64,000 nt of DNA, taken from NCBI GenBank assembly GCA_963810095.1, contig CAWEMM010000014.1, positions 128,001 through 192,000 on the forward strand, written 5' to 3'. Source of the DNA: an uncultured Chloroflexia bacterium (GTDB lineage Bacteria; Chloroflexota; Anaerolineae; CG2-30-64-16). This document shows positions 1 to 9,281 of this stretch, piece by piece (position 1 is the first letter of the stretch; each line of letters begins with the position of its first letter). The notes under the pieces were generated by a model. The model worked only from the letters and a program-made list of their open reading frames with translations. It made no database searches and had not been told where the DNA came from. The translations under genes and the position numbers were made by a program.

Positions 1-422
1 CTGCCGGTGATGCCGGTCGTCACGACGGGCAGGGTCGCACGCCAGGCGGCGGCGAGCGATTGGAGCGCCTTCAGACTGTCTGGCGCGACAAAGATCACCG
101 GTGGCAGTCCGTGCTCGTGAGCCTGTTCCCCATCGCGCGTTTCAATCCTGCCGTCCGGCCAGACACACAGGCAGCTCTTCACCCCCGCCAGCCCGCGCGC
201 TTCGGCGAGCGCACCCACCGCGCCGGCCGCAAATGCTTTGTCGAGATACAGGTTCCCATCGGTCCGCTCGCCGCGCAGCCCCACGAAGAAGTCGCCCTTG
301 GCCACTGCGCGCGAGTCGACCACCGTGTTCCCGATCGGACGCGCGGCCTGTTCGGCCGGCAGGGTCACCCCGAACAGCAGTGCAGCGACATCGCCCAGGG
401 TCAGGGGTGTCATCGAAGTCAT
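1..422 (-). CDS. murF: UDP-N-acetylmuramoyl-tripeptide--D-Ala-D-Ala ligase, N-terminal part (runs off window)
   Basis: Manual translation: MTSMTPLTLGDVAA...VVDSRAVAQGDFFVGLRGERTDG...ALQSLAAAWR...TTGITGS (Mur ligase N-domain and P-loop start); follows ftsI. Confidence 0.8.
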   Translation of the reverse strand, partial: MTSMTPLTLGDVAALLFGVTLPAEQAARPIGNTVVDSRAVAKGDFFVGLRGERTDGNLYLDKAFAAGAVGALAEARGLAGVKSCLCVWPDGRIETRDGEQAHEHGLPPVIFVAPDSLKALQSLAAAWRATLPVVTTGITG

Positions 423-429
423 CGGCCGC

Positions 430-2269
430 TCACTTCGGCATCTCCGAATTGGGGGTCAGCCCCAACACTTGAACGGCGTCGCGCGCCACTTCGCCGAAGA
501 CCGGCAGCGCGACCGCCTCTGCCCAACGCGACTTCTTGGGCTGGTCCAGCTTCACCAGCACGACGATCTGCGGATCAGCAGCGGGCAGGAAGCCCACGAA
601 GCTGGTAATGGTCAGCGGGTTCGTGTACCCGGCCTGCTCCGGGATTTCGGCGGTGCCCGTCTTGCCCGCAACCCGGAACCCCGGCACGAGCTTCTTGCCG
701 TTGGTGTAATTTTCCACCGTATAGACCATCATGCGGGTAAGGGTCAACGCGGTCTCCGGCTGCAGCGCGTCGCCAAGCTTGCGGACCGGCAGCGGGTGCA
801 TCTCTCCGTTCAACACGAGGGCCTTGGCCACCTGCGGCTGCAGGAGCACACCCTTGTTGGCGATGGTCGCGGCCGCGTTGATCATCTGGATCGGCGTAAC
901 CGAAATGCCCTGGCCGAAGGAGTTCGCCGCCTGGTCGTAGGGACTCCACTGCTCGGTGCCCCACCGCTTGACGATCCCCGCCGCCTCAGGCCCGAGGTCG
1001 ATCTCGCTCGGCTTGCCGAAGCCGAAGAGCCGGATATACCGGTAGAACTCTTCGGACCCCATCTTCAGGCCGATGTCGGCGCTCACCGTGTTCAGCGACT
1101 CGGCCAGGGCATCCCAGCCTGTCACCCAGCCCAGCCGGCGCAGCTGCGAGTTCTTGATGATCTTGTCGCCGACCCTGCGCTCGCCCGTGTCTTCGAATTT
1201 CTGATCGGGGGTGATCGTGCCCAGGTCAAGCGCCGCACCGTAGGTGACGAGCTTGAATACCGAGCCGGGTTCGTAGAGCAAGCCGACCGACGGGTTCTGC
1301 CAGGTCACGGGTTCGGCCCGGTCGTACACGTTCGGATCAAAGGCCGGCCAGTTTGCCAGGGCCAGGATCGCGCCCGTGCGCGGGTCCATAATGATGATGG
1401 ACCCCGACTGCGCCTGATACTTGGCGAGCGCATCGACGAGATCCTGCTCGACCAGGTGCTGCAGCGGCGCGCTCATGTTGAGTACGAGGTCGCGGCCGCT
1501 GACCGACGGCAGGTATAGTTCCCATTCGTGGGGGATCGGTTCGCCCGGGCCGGAAAGCTGGGCCGGACCCCAGGCTGCCGTCGCTGCGCAGCCAGCCGTC
1601 GTAGAACTGCTCCACGCCAGACTGGCCGTCCTGCTTAGCGTCGGCAAACCCCACCAGGTGTGCGCCGAGCGGCCCCTGGGGGTAGGAACGTTTGCGTTTG
1701 GCGTCGCACCAGAACCACGAGGGCACGAGCTTGCTCTTCGTGGCGCGTTCGCACTGCTGGCTGGTGGCGTTCCGTATCAACTGCACGGCCACGCCTTTTT
1801 GGCCGAGCGCTTCCATCAAGACGCCTGGCTCGATCCCCAGTTCCTGTGCGGCCTGGACCACCATGTCGTCCGAGAACTTCGCGGGCTTGTACCGGCTCGG
1901 GTCGAGCCACACTTCCCAGAGAAACGCGTCGGTCGCCAGCAGAGTGCCGTCACGGTCCACGATGCGGCCGCGTGACGTGTCGACGGGCTTTGTGTTCGCA
2001 CGGTTTGTCTGGCTTGCGGAGTTGATCGTTTTGACGACCACCATCTGGGCGAGCACAATCGCCACGAAAAACACGAAACCAATCGCCAGCAGTCGCAGGC
2101 GCCGGACGAGGATCTTGCGCTCGATCGCCTCGGCCTTGGCCGCCTGTTCGGCGCGCACTTCCGCCGTCGGCGCTTCGCTCGCCTCAACTGAATGAGGGAG
2201 CGGGCGCCGCCGGGCCGACCGGCGCGAGGCCGGCTGGCGGGAAGTGGGCGGACGGTTGGCGAAGGCCAT
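430..2269 (-). CDS. ftsI: Class B penicillin-binding protein (FtsI/PBP3-like), split by one frameshift near 1580
   Basis: ORF 1337-2269 has TM helix, RGRIVDRDG and RSYPQG...G.SGVE; ORF 430-1647 has EPGSVFK (SxxK), SLN and KTGT; dcw position. Confidence 0.85.
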
Positions 2270-2283
2270 CGACGACGCTCGGC

Positions 2284-2688
2284 TTAGCGGTTCGTCGCGG
2301 GTTCGACGGCCAAGGCCGCGGCCGAGGCCTCCACGATGGCTGCTTCACCTGACGGCGCGGCGATCGTCCGCTTGGCCGCCAGCACGTAGCCTTGCTGCGA
2401 GCTGAGCTGGTCGACGTAAGTCGGGGAGTTCCACTGCGCGAGTTGCTCGGCCAGCACCACGTTCTGCTGCTCGAGCACGTGTGCCTTATCCTGGAGCGCG
2501 AGCGTATTGTCATGGAGGGTCGACAGGTCGTTGACCTGCCAGAGGTAAAGGCTGAAGACGGCCGTGAGGACCGCGGCAATGAGCACGTAACGAAGCAAGC
2601 CCGAATACGGCCCGGAGAAGGTTCGCAGGCGGTCGTTAAACCACCGGCCCGGGGACAGGACAGGTGCGGCGGTGGGTCGATGCAACAT
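2284..2688 (-). CDS. FtsL-like cell division protein (TM plus coiled coil)
   Basis: Lies between rsmH and ftsI; one TM helix then heptad repeat; GGAGG before ATG at 2688. Confidence 0.65.
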   Translation of the reverse strand: MLHRPTAAPVLSPGRWFNDRLRTFSGPYSGLLRYVLIAAVLTAVFSLYLWQVNDLSTLHDNTLALQDKAHVLEQQNVVLAEQLAQWNSPTYVDQLSSQQGYVLAAKRTIAAPSGEAAIVEASAAALAVEPATNR

Positions 2689-2806
2689 GTGGTCCTCCCT
2701 CCATACCATGATTCGCCCGATGCGCTGGACTTTTCAATACGGCCACCTACACGGGTGGCAGCCTCTGTTGGTTCAATCCGACCGGTGGGACAACCGGGCG
2801 AAACCT

Positions 2807-3805
2807 TTACGCCGTATTCTCATTCTCCTGCAAGAGTCGTTCCGCCACCCGCAGTTTCGCACTGCGGCTCCGCGGGTTCGTCGCGATCTCCGCATCGCCC
2901 GGCTGGACCGGCTTACGCGTCACGATCCTCACGGTGGCTTTGTGTCCGCACACGCAGGGCTGCGGGAGCTTTGACCGCACGTAGCCCGGCAGTGTGTCGC
3001 AGATGCAGTCACGGGCCTCACGCTGAAAAAACTGCTTCACTACCCGGTCTTCCAACGAATGGAAGGTGATAACGGCCACCCGACCTGCGGGCGCCAGCAG
3101 CTCAACCGCCTGGGGCAGGACATCCTCCAGGGCGCCAAGCTCGTCATTCACCGCAATGCGCAGCGCCTGGAATACTTCCGTCGCCGGATGCGTGCGTGAG
3201 CGCCGCCCCTGGGGGCTGCCCAGCGAACGCGCCACCACTTCTGCAAGCTGCGTCGTCGTATGGAGCGGGCGGGCCGCCACGATCGCCCGGGCCACCCGGC
3301 GCGAGCGCGGCTCCTCCGCATATTTGTAAATGATGTCGGCCAGTTCGTCAGGCGACCACTCGTTGACGATCTCGGCCGCTTTCAGCGGCTGGCCCGGATC
3401 CATCCGCATGTCCAGCGGGCCCTCGGCCTGGATCGCAAAGCCCCGGCCGGCCTCGTCGAGCTGGAAGGATGAAATTCCGATGTCAAGCAGCACCGCGTCA
3501 ACGCTCGCCGCCGCAAATCCGGCATCCGTCGCCAACCGGGTCAGGTCACGAAAGCTCCCCTGGCGAAAGACGGCCCGGCCCCCAAATCGGGCGAGCCGCT
3601 CCCGGCTGCGTTCCAGGGCCGCCGGATCCTGGTCGATGCCGAGCAGGACACTCTCGGCGCCCCCGGCTTCCAACAGCGCTTCTGCGTGGCCGGCGCCGCC
3701 CAACGTGCCGTCGATCACGCGGACCGGTTTCCCGGTCGCTGCGGTGCGGGCGCTCAGCGCCAGCCCCTCGACGACTTCGTGCAGCAGGACGGGAATGTGT
3801 GCCAT
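2807..3805 (-). CDS. rsmH: 16S rRNA m4C1402 methyltransferase
   Basis: HIPVLLHE, DGTLGGAGH, GPLDMRMD, FHSLEDR and NPRSRSAKLR motifs. Confidence 0.97.
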   Translation of the reverse strand: MAHIPVLLHEVVEGLALSARTAATGKPVRVIDGTLGGAGHAEALLEAGGAESVLLGIDQDPAALERSRERLARFGGRAVFRQGSFRDLTRLATDAGFAAASVDAVLLDIGISSFQLDEAGRGFAIQAEGPLDMRMDPGQPLKAAEIVNEWSPDELADIIYKYAEEPRSRRVARAIVAARPLHTTTQLAEVVARSLGSPQGRRSRTHPATEVFQALRIAVNDELGALEDVLPQAVELLAPAGRVAVITFHSLEDRVVKQFFQREARDCICDTLPGYVRSKLPQPCVCGHKATVRIVTRKPVQPGDAEIATNPRSRSAKLRVAERLLQENENTA

Positions 3806-3818
3806 CAGCCGCGCCCCC

Positions 3819-4274
3819 TCAGGGCCGGAAGCCCGTGCGGCGCAAGCTCTTGTTGACGTCCTTCCCCTTCAACGATGCCACCCACTCGCCATATTCCGCC
3901 GCGTACCGCTCGGGACTCCAGAGCTCGACACGATCGCCGTTTCCGAGTACAATGACCGAGTCGGCGATGTCGGTCAGCTTGCGGAAGAACGGTGGAATCG
4001 AGAGCCGCCCTTGCTTGTCGAACTCGATCGTTTTGCCGCCGAGCATGGCCCGCATGGCCTTATCGTACTCGGCATCGCGATCTTCGAGCGGCACCTGCTG
4101 CATCTCGTCCATCAGCCGCTTGAATGTCGGCTCGGGGTAGACCCATAGCTGACCCAGGCCGCCGCGGCCCATGACCACCAGTTCGGTGAGCGCAGCCTTA
4201 TACGAAGGAGGCACAAGCATGCGTCCTCGATCGTCGACGGCGTACTCGTCCTCTCCCATGAAGAGGAAGTCCAT
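3819..4274 (-). CDS. mraZ: Division/cell-wall cluster transcriptional repressor MraZ
   Basis: Two DxxGR SpoVT/AbrB repeats (DDRGR, DKQGR) and VELWS; GAGGAG before ATG at 4274. Confidence 0.92.
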   Translation of the reverse strand: MDFLFMGEDEYAVDDRGRMLVPPSYKAALTELVVMGRGGLGQLWVYPEPTFKRLMDEMQQVPLEDRDAEYDKAMRAMLGGKTIEFDKQGRLSIPPFFRKLTDIADSVIVLGNGDRVELWSPERYAAEYGEWVASLKGKDVNKSLRRTGFRP

Positions 4275-4318
4275 GATGGCGGCGCTCCTCCGTGCCGGTT
4301 GCGGGTTGAGGTGACGGC

Positions 4319-4353
4319 TCACCACATTCTACCACGTTTTACCACAATCTACC
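4319..4353 (-). promoter_or_regulatory. MraZ operator: GTGGT boxes at 10-bp period
   Basis: Plus strand accacattct-accacgtttt-accacaatct-acc; matches the known GTGG-type MraZ repeats. Confidence 0.8.
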
Positions 4354-4361
4354 GTGCCGGC

Positions 4362-4390
4362 ATCATAACTCCCTTTCCTGGTTTTGTCTA
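4362..4390 (-). promoter_or_regulatory. sigma70 promoter of the dcw cluster
   Basis: TAGACA-17 bp-TATGAT on minus strand, just upstream of the MraZ boxes. Confidence 0.7.
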
Positions 4391-4665
4391 GGGGGCGCAG
4401 CCTCCAATTCGAACATATCGCAAATTTTTAACGTACGTGTATAGGATTTCCCAAACTATTGCAGAAAGGGCGTCGAGCCCAGGTCGGAAGCGATAGGTGA
4501 TGACTAGAAAAGACTATATCATACTGTGCTGCAAAAAGCAATAGTATTAAGTGGAAGAAGGCGCACCCCAAACCGTCTGTAGAGGCAATAGGAACGCCCG
4601 CCGGCCTTTCGACCTGGCGGGCGCGGAGCCTGATGGTGTGGGGGTTGAAGGGTTACAGCCCGGCG

Positions 4666-5760
4666 TCAGGCGTCCGGGTTGGGCAGCATAACGTCACGGA
4701 CCAGTGCGTTAAGGTCTGCGGCGGCCTTGATGAACTGGCGCAGCGTCCGTACCGTGGGCCCAAAGGCATCGAACTCCGCAGGTGTCAGCCCATCCTCATC
4801 GTACGCGCGCCGGAAGTCGGCGAACTTGCGATATAGCTCGTCCACCACTGCCTCATCCACAGGCTTGTCCATCCGGTTCACCACGGTCACGTCCGATGCG
4901 TTATAGCGCTGTTGCCACTTGTAGGGCGGCGAGATCACCACGTCGCCGCCGATGAACTCGCTCCAATGCAGGTGGTTGCGGAACGCAGCCGACAATAGCC
5001 GCAGCCGGTAGCCCCGCGCCTGGTAAATCCGGTACGCCTTCTTCATCACGGCCACGCCGGCCCACTCGAAGATTGCGGGATCGGCGACGATGTTCTGCTT
5101 CTCCGCTACCACCTTGAGCCAATCGTCGAGCCTGCCCACCATGAGCGTGCACACCGGGCCCATGCGTGCGATGTCGAGGCCCTCGCGCTCGCGGCGCACC
5201 AGCCCGCGCTCGACGGCCTCGGCCACGGCAAGCGCCTGGGGCAGCGCAAAACTGACCGTCGCGTTGATGCTGATGCCGCGATACGTCGCTTCTTCGATCG
5301 CCTCCACGCCTGCCCTTGTCGCCGGGATTTTGACGATCATGTTGGGGGCCAGCCGGCTGAAGCGCTCGGCTTGCTCGACGATTGCGTCGGGGTCCAGGTA
5401 CAGCCGCGGGTCAGTCTGGATGGAGAGGCGCCCGTTCTTCCCGTTGTGGCGCTCAAAAACAGGCATCAGGAGCGCGGCCGCGCGGATCGACATTTCCTCG
5501 ACCAGGCGCCACGACACCTTGTCCTCGGTCGCACAGGCCGTCTCGCGCACCAGGGCCGGGATGCGGTCCTTCCAGAGATGGCCTTCCTTCTTCAACACTT
5601 CCAGCACGATCACGGGATTACACGTCGCACCCACCGCGCCGTTCTGCTGAATGGCAGGCTCGAGCTCAGAAAGCGCGCAGCTGTCGTTCCATAATGCGGT
5701 GGGCGTCGTCCGCGTCATGCAATGCAAAATCGTCTCCGCTGACTCTTGCGTCATGATCAA
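4666..5760 (-). CDS. Transaldolase-family protein
   Basis: WNDS, ATCNP, IVKIP (Schiff-base Lys), INATVSF and VGRLDD. Confidence 0.85.
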   Translation of the reverse strand: MIMTQESAETILHCMTRTTPTALWNDSCALSELEPAIQQNGAVGATCNPVIVLEVLKKEGHLWKDRIPALVRETACATEDKVSWRLVEEMSIRAAALLMPVFERHNGKNGRLSIQTDPRLYLDPDAIVEQAERFSRLAPNMIVKIPATRAGVEAIEEATYRGISINATVSFALPQALAVAEAVERGLVRREREGLDIARMGPVCTLMVGRLDDWLKVVAEKQNIVADPAIFEWAGVAVMKKAYRIYQARGYRLRLLSAAFRNHLHWSEFIGGDVVISPPYKWQQRYNASDVTVVNRMDKPVDEAVVDELYRKFADFRRAYDEDGLTPAEFDAFGPTVRTLRQFIKAAADLNALVRDVMLPNPDA

Positions 5761-5905
5761 CCCCCCGATAAGCGATTCTCGCCGGCCCTTCGGTTACGGG
5801 CGTGCGTCGTGCACCGGCCGGGGCTCCGCCCTGTCTGCCGGTCCACGGGTCTCATCATGCCACAAGAGAGAACGCCAGTAAAGTGCTTCCGCACGCTGCC
5901 CGGCG

Positions 5906-7285
5906 TCACGCCCAGACCTTGCAGGCAAGGCCCGCCTGGCCGCAGAACTCGACCAGTTCTTCCGTGTAGCTCCCAGCGACCATGTGGATGTGGTTCGAGC
6001 CGAATTCCATGATGAAGTCGCGGCCGGCGCTCGAACGTACGAACGCCTGCGGATAGGCAGGATTTGCCAGGTTGAGGTCATCGCGCGTCGCCTGCTCCGT
6101 GCAGCCGGCCAGGATTGCCATCCAGTAGTCGCCGCCGCGGCGGCACAGCCGGGCCAGGGTCACCGGCTGTGGTGCGACGACGGCAGGAAGCGCGCCGCCC
6201 CCGCCCACGCCGAACGTGTGCGGCACGAGGTGAATCGCCGAAAGGCCCGACGGGTCGGCGTCGGTCGCAAAGAAGCTCGCCGGCGCCGCGCCGCAGTTCG
6301 CCAGCGTCCAAACGCCGGTCGCAAAGTTCAGCCACCGGATATCCAACAACGCCGCGGGCTTGCCACCGCTGAGCAGGTGCAGTATCTGCATGGTGAGCGC
6401 ACCGTCGGCATCTGACTCGCATGCGTGGACGAAGGCCGATTTCGGGCCGTCCGCGTCGAGCGTCCCATTGAGGAGCATGTGCGCCACACACTGGCTGACA
6501 TAGCCGTCGCTGAGCTCCGGCTGGCACTTGACGCCGGCGAAGTCCAGGCCATGCCGCTCGACCAACCGGCGGGTGGCCAGGTAGGAGCGGACCTGCCGCG
6601 CCAGTTTCTGCGGACCGAAGGCACCGCCATAGCTGATGCCGCCTACCTTACCGGTCAGCCACTCCAGGTGCAGCTCTACCTCAGCGGCCGGCAGGCTCTC
6701 GGCCAGCGCGACGATCTCCGCCTGGTCGAAATGCTCGATGTCGACCCCGAACAGGCGCTGCCATTGGGCCGGATCGGCGGTCGCGGTGAATATCCCGATG
6801 CTCCGCCCGCCGAACAAGCCGAGGGTCTGCCCGCGGAGTTGGGCCCGGGCGCCTGCGGCGGCGAGAAAGGCCAGGACGGGGCGCTGCTCGGCCGGTGTGC
6901 GATGATCCAGGACCCGGGTGTGGCGACAGCCAACCTGGTCCAGTGCGCCGCCCGCGGCGAGCAAGCCGACGATGCTGGACGTCTCGGGCGCGGTGTTCCC
7001 CAGCAGGAGCACGGGCAGAGGCAGGTGATTGTGCAGCTTGAGCGTCAGGATCGGATCGGCCCAGACCGGCAGGTGGATCACCAGCGCCTGGGCGCCGAAC
7101 GCCCGGGCCGCCGCGCCGAACGCCGCGGCGTCGCTGCCGGAGCGAATGATACCTGACTCGACCACGTCGAAGGCGCGCCGAAGCCAGTCGAGGGTGGCGG
7201 TTTCGGCCCTGATGCGGTCGATCCGCTTGGCGAAGAAGTCGTCCCGGCTGTCGCCGAGCGTCGCAAGGGCAACCTTGATTCTCAT
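5906..7285 (-). CDS. L-fucose/L-arabinose isomerase-family sugar isomerase
   Basis: KCQPEL, ACESDADG, NCG and NHIH motifs typical of the FucI/AraA fold. Confidence 0.8.
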   Translation of the reverse strand: MRIKVALATLGDSRDDFFAKRIDRIRAETATLDWLRRAFDVVESGIIRSGSDAAAFGAAARAFGAQALVIHLPVWADPILTLKLHNHLPLPVLLLGNTAPETSSIVGLLAAGGALDQVGCRHTRVLDHRTPAEQRPVLAFLAAAGARAQLRGQTLGLFGGRSIGIFTATADPAQWQRLFGVDIEHFDQAEIVALAESLPAAEVELHLEWLTGKVGGISYGGAFGPQKLARQVRSYLATRRLVERHGLDFAGVKCQPELSDGYVSQCVAHMLLNGTLDADGPKSAFVHACESDADGALTMQILHLLSGGKPAALLDIRWLNFATGVWTLANCGAAPASFFATDADPSGLSAIHLVPHTFGVGGGGALPAVVAPQPVTLARLCRRGGDYWMAILAGCTEQATRDDLNLANPAYPQAFVRSSAGRDFIMEFGSNHIHMVAGSYTEELVEFCGQAGLACKVWA

Positions 7286-7542
7286 TGATGACCCGCCAGA
7301 TGAAAATGAGAATCGCGGCGTCGCAACCGGCCGCCTGGAGCATCATCGCGCAGTATCGGCGTCGGACAGATGACGGTGGTCATGCACGGCGATCGAAGCG
7401 CGCAATTCGCACCCTCCCGGCCTGCGGGGCTGCCACTTGCGCCGGCGAATGCTGGCACCCGCGCGCTTTGCGTTTAGAATGCTGGCGTCGCGCAATAGCG
7501 CGGTTACGACCTGAGGAGTTCCCCTCGAACAAGGAGTAAATC

Positions 7543-8535
7543 ATGACCGCACAGCTTACCCGCACACTTGGCCGTTCCGGCATCGCCGTCAGCGCGCTTG
7601 GGATGGGCTGTTGGGCAATCGGCGGGCCCTTCTGGGATGGCCAAACGCCGCTTGGCTGGGGCGAGGTGGACGACGCCGAGTCGATCCGGGCAATCCATGC
7701 CGCTTTGGAAATGGGGGTCACTTTCTTCGATACGGCGAACGTCTACGGCGCGGGCCACAGCGAGCGCGTGCTCGGCCAAGCCCTCTCCGGCCGCCGCGCC
7801 GGCGTCGTCCTTGCCACCAAGTTCAACGCCGTGTTTGACGAGGCCACGCGCCAGGTGACCGGCAGCGATGCGAGCCCGGACGGCATCCGCAAAGCCTGTG
7901 AAGACTCCTTGCGCCGTCTCCGGACAGACATCATCGACCTGTACCAGTTCCACGACAACGGTTTCCCCGCCGAAAAAGCCGGCCCTGTCCGCGACACGCT
8001 CGAAGAGCTGGTGGCGCACGGCAAGATTCGGGCTTACGGCTGGAGCACCGACCTTCCGAAGAACGCCGAGTTCTTTGCGGCGGGCGCACATTGCGCGGCG
8101 GTCCAGGTCGAGCTCAACGTGCTGGACGACAATCCTGTGATCCTTGAGATTTGCGAGCGGGAGAACCTGGCCGCGATCAATCGTGGTCCCCTGGCGATGG
8201 GCCTGCTGACCGGCAAGTACTCGGCGGGCAGCGGGGTGTCAGCCGACGACGTGCGGGGCCAGAAGAGCCCGGAGTGGATGAAGTACTTCAAGGATGGCCG
8301 GCCGAGCGCCGCATACATGCAGAAGGTGAACGCGGTGCGTGAGATCCTGACCGCTGGCGGCCGGTCGGTCAGCCAGGGCGCGCTTGGTTGGCTGTGGGCC
8401 CGCAGCCCCAAGACGGTGCCAATTCCCGGCTTCCGCACGGTCAAGCAGGCCACGGAAAACGCGAGGGCACTGGAACTTGGCCCCTTATCATCCGGGCAGT
8501 TCGCCGAGATCGAGAAGATCATGGGGCGGGCGTAA
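7543..8535 (+). CDS. Aldo/keto reductase
   Basis: LGMGCWAIGG, FDTANVYG, ATKF, IDLYQFH and PIPG; AAGGAG RBS. Confidence 0.92.
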   Translation: MTAQLTRTLGRSGIAVSALGMGCWAIGGPFWDGQTPLGWGEVDDAESIRAIHAALEMGVTFFDTANVYGAGHSERVLGQALSGRRAGVVLATKFNAVFDEATRQVTGSDASPDGIRKACEDSLRRLRTDIIDLYQFHDNGFPAEKAGPVRDTLEELVAHGKIRAYGWSTDLPKNAEFFAAGAHCAAVQVELNVLDDNPVILEICERENLAAINRGPLAMGLLTGKYSAGSGVSADDVRGQKSPEWMKYFKDGRPSAAYMQKVNAVREILTAGGRSVSQGALGWLWARSPKTVPIPGFRTVKQATENARALELGPLSSGQFAEIEKIMGRA

Positions 8536-8616
8536 GGGGCGCGAGGGCGGGAGTACGGGCCGGCGGCTGGAGTTGCCTGACTGGGCTTGGGCCACCCGTA
8601 CCGGAAAGCAGGACGC

Positions 8617-9024
8617 GTGAAGTCACGATTACCGAGCGCCGAAGAGATGGCCCGGCTCGTCGCGTTTCTTCCCAAGCTGTACGCTCCCGGCTTCACGCCG
8701 GTGGCAAGCTGGAGCGGTGGAACGCGGGATGAAACGGGGGTCTGGACGCTGCCCTGGCCGGAGTACGATCCTGTCGTCGTCGACTTCTTCAGGCTCGCCG
8801 GCGATGAATGCTGGTGTGATTACCAGTACTCGCCCGAAGTAGCGTGGCAAATGCTGCGCACGCCCGGGCTCGTCGGGTCCGCCTCGTTGGAGCAGATCAA
8901 GACGATGCTGACCTTCTGCACCCGCGGCGAGCGGTTTGCGGATGGGCACTGGGCCGAGATGATCGAGGAGGGCCACGTACGACGGCTGCTGCTGCGCCTG
9001 CAGCAACTGCTTCCCCAAGGGTGA
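8617..9024 (+). CDS. Conserved hypothetical protein (DUF6508-like)
   Basis: C-terminal LT..RGERF.DG...LL.RL pattern recalled for DUF6508; not confirmed by search. Confidence 0.55.
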   Translation: MKSRLPSAEEMARLVAFLPKLYAPGFTPVASWSGGTRDETGVWTLPWPEYDPVVVDFFRLAGDECWCDYQYSPEVAWQMLRTPGLVGSASLEQIKTMLTFCTRGERFADGHWAEMIEEGHVRRLLLRLQQLLPQG

Positions 9025-9121
9025 CGGGCCTGTTTGAGCGCGCCGTACCGGCCCTTAAAGCGAACCGGCAGCCCTACATGGCTGCCGATTGTGTGTCACT
9101 GGGGTGACGTCTGGGATTGAG

Positions 9122-9194
9122 CTCCACGAGGAGGACTCGAACCTCCAACCTTGCGGTTAACAGCCGCTTGCTCTGCCGATTGAGCTATCGTGGA
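9122..9194 (-). tRNA. tRNA-Asn (GTT), CCA not encoded
   Basis: TCCACGA-TAGCTCAATCGGCAGAGC-AAGCGG-CTGTTAA-CCGC...GGAGGTTCGAGTCCTCC-TCGTGGAG cloverleaf. Confidence 0.96.
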
Positions 9195-9216
9195 TCGATC
9201 GACGATCGTATGCGCT

Positions 9217-9244
9217 ATTATACGCACAAGCGCCCGACCGTCAA
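9217..9244 (-). promoter_or_regulatory. sigma70 promoter for tRNA-Asn
   Basis: TTGACG-16 bp-TATAAT on minus strand. Confidence 0.65.
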
Positions 9245-9281
9245 AAACGACGGGACGCGTGCTTGAGATGCGCCTGAGGCG

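Noticed and set aside
2930-3010. Cys-rich insert in RsmH (CIC...CVCGH)
   Set aside because: This is a common feature of RsmH in Gram-positive-type lineages.
4595-4624. GC hairpin downstream of the transaldolase
   Set aside because: Probably an ordinary terminator or stabilising stem with a weak U tract; not notable.
4390-9122. Integrative element at tRNA-Asn
   Set aside because: No integrase is present and I found no duplicated tRNA 3' end (att site).
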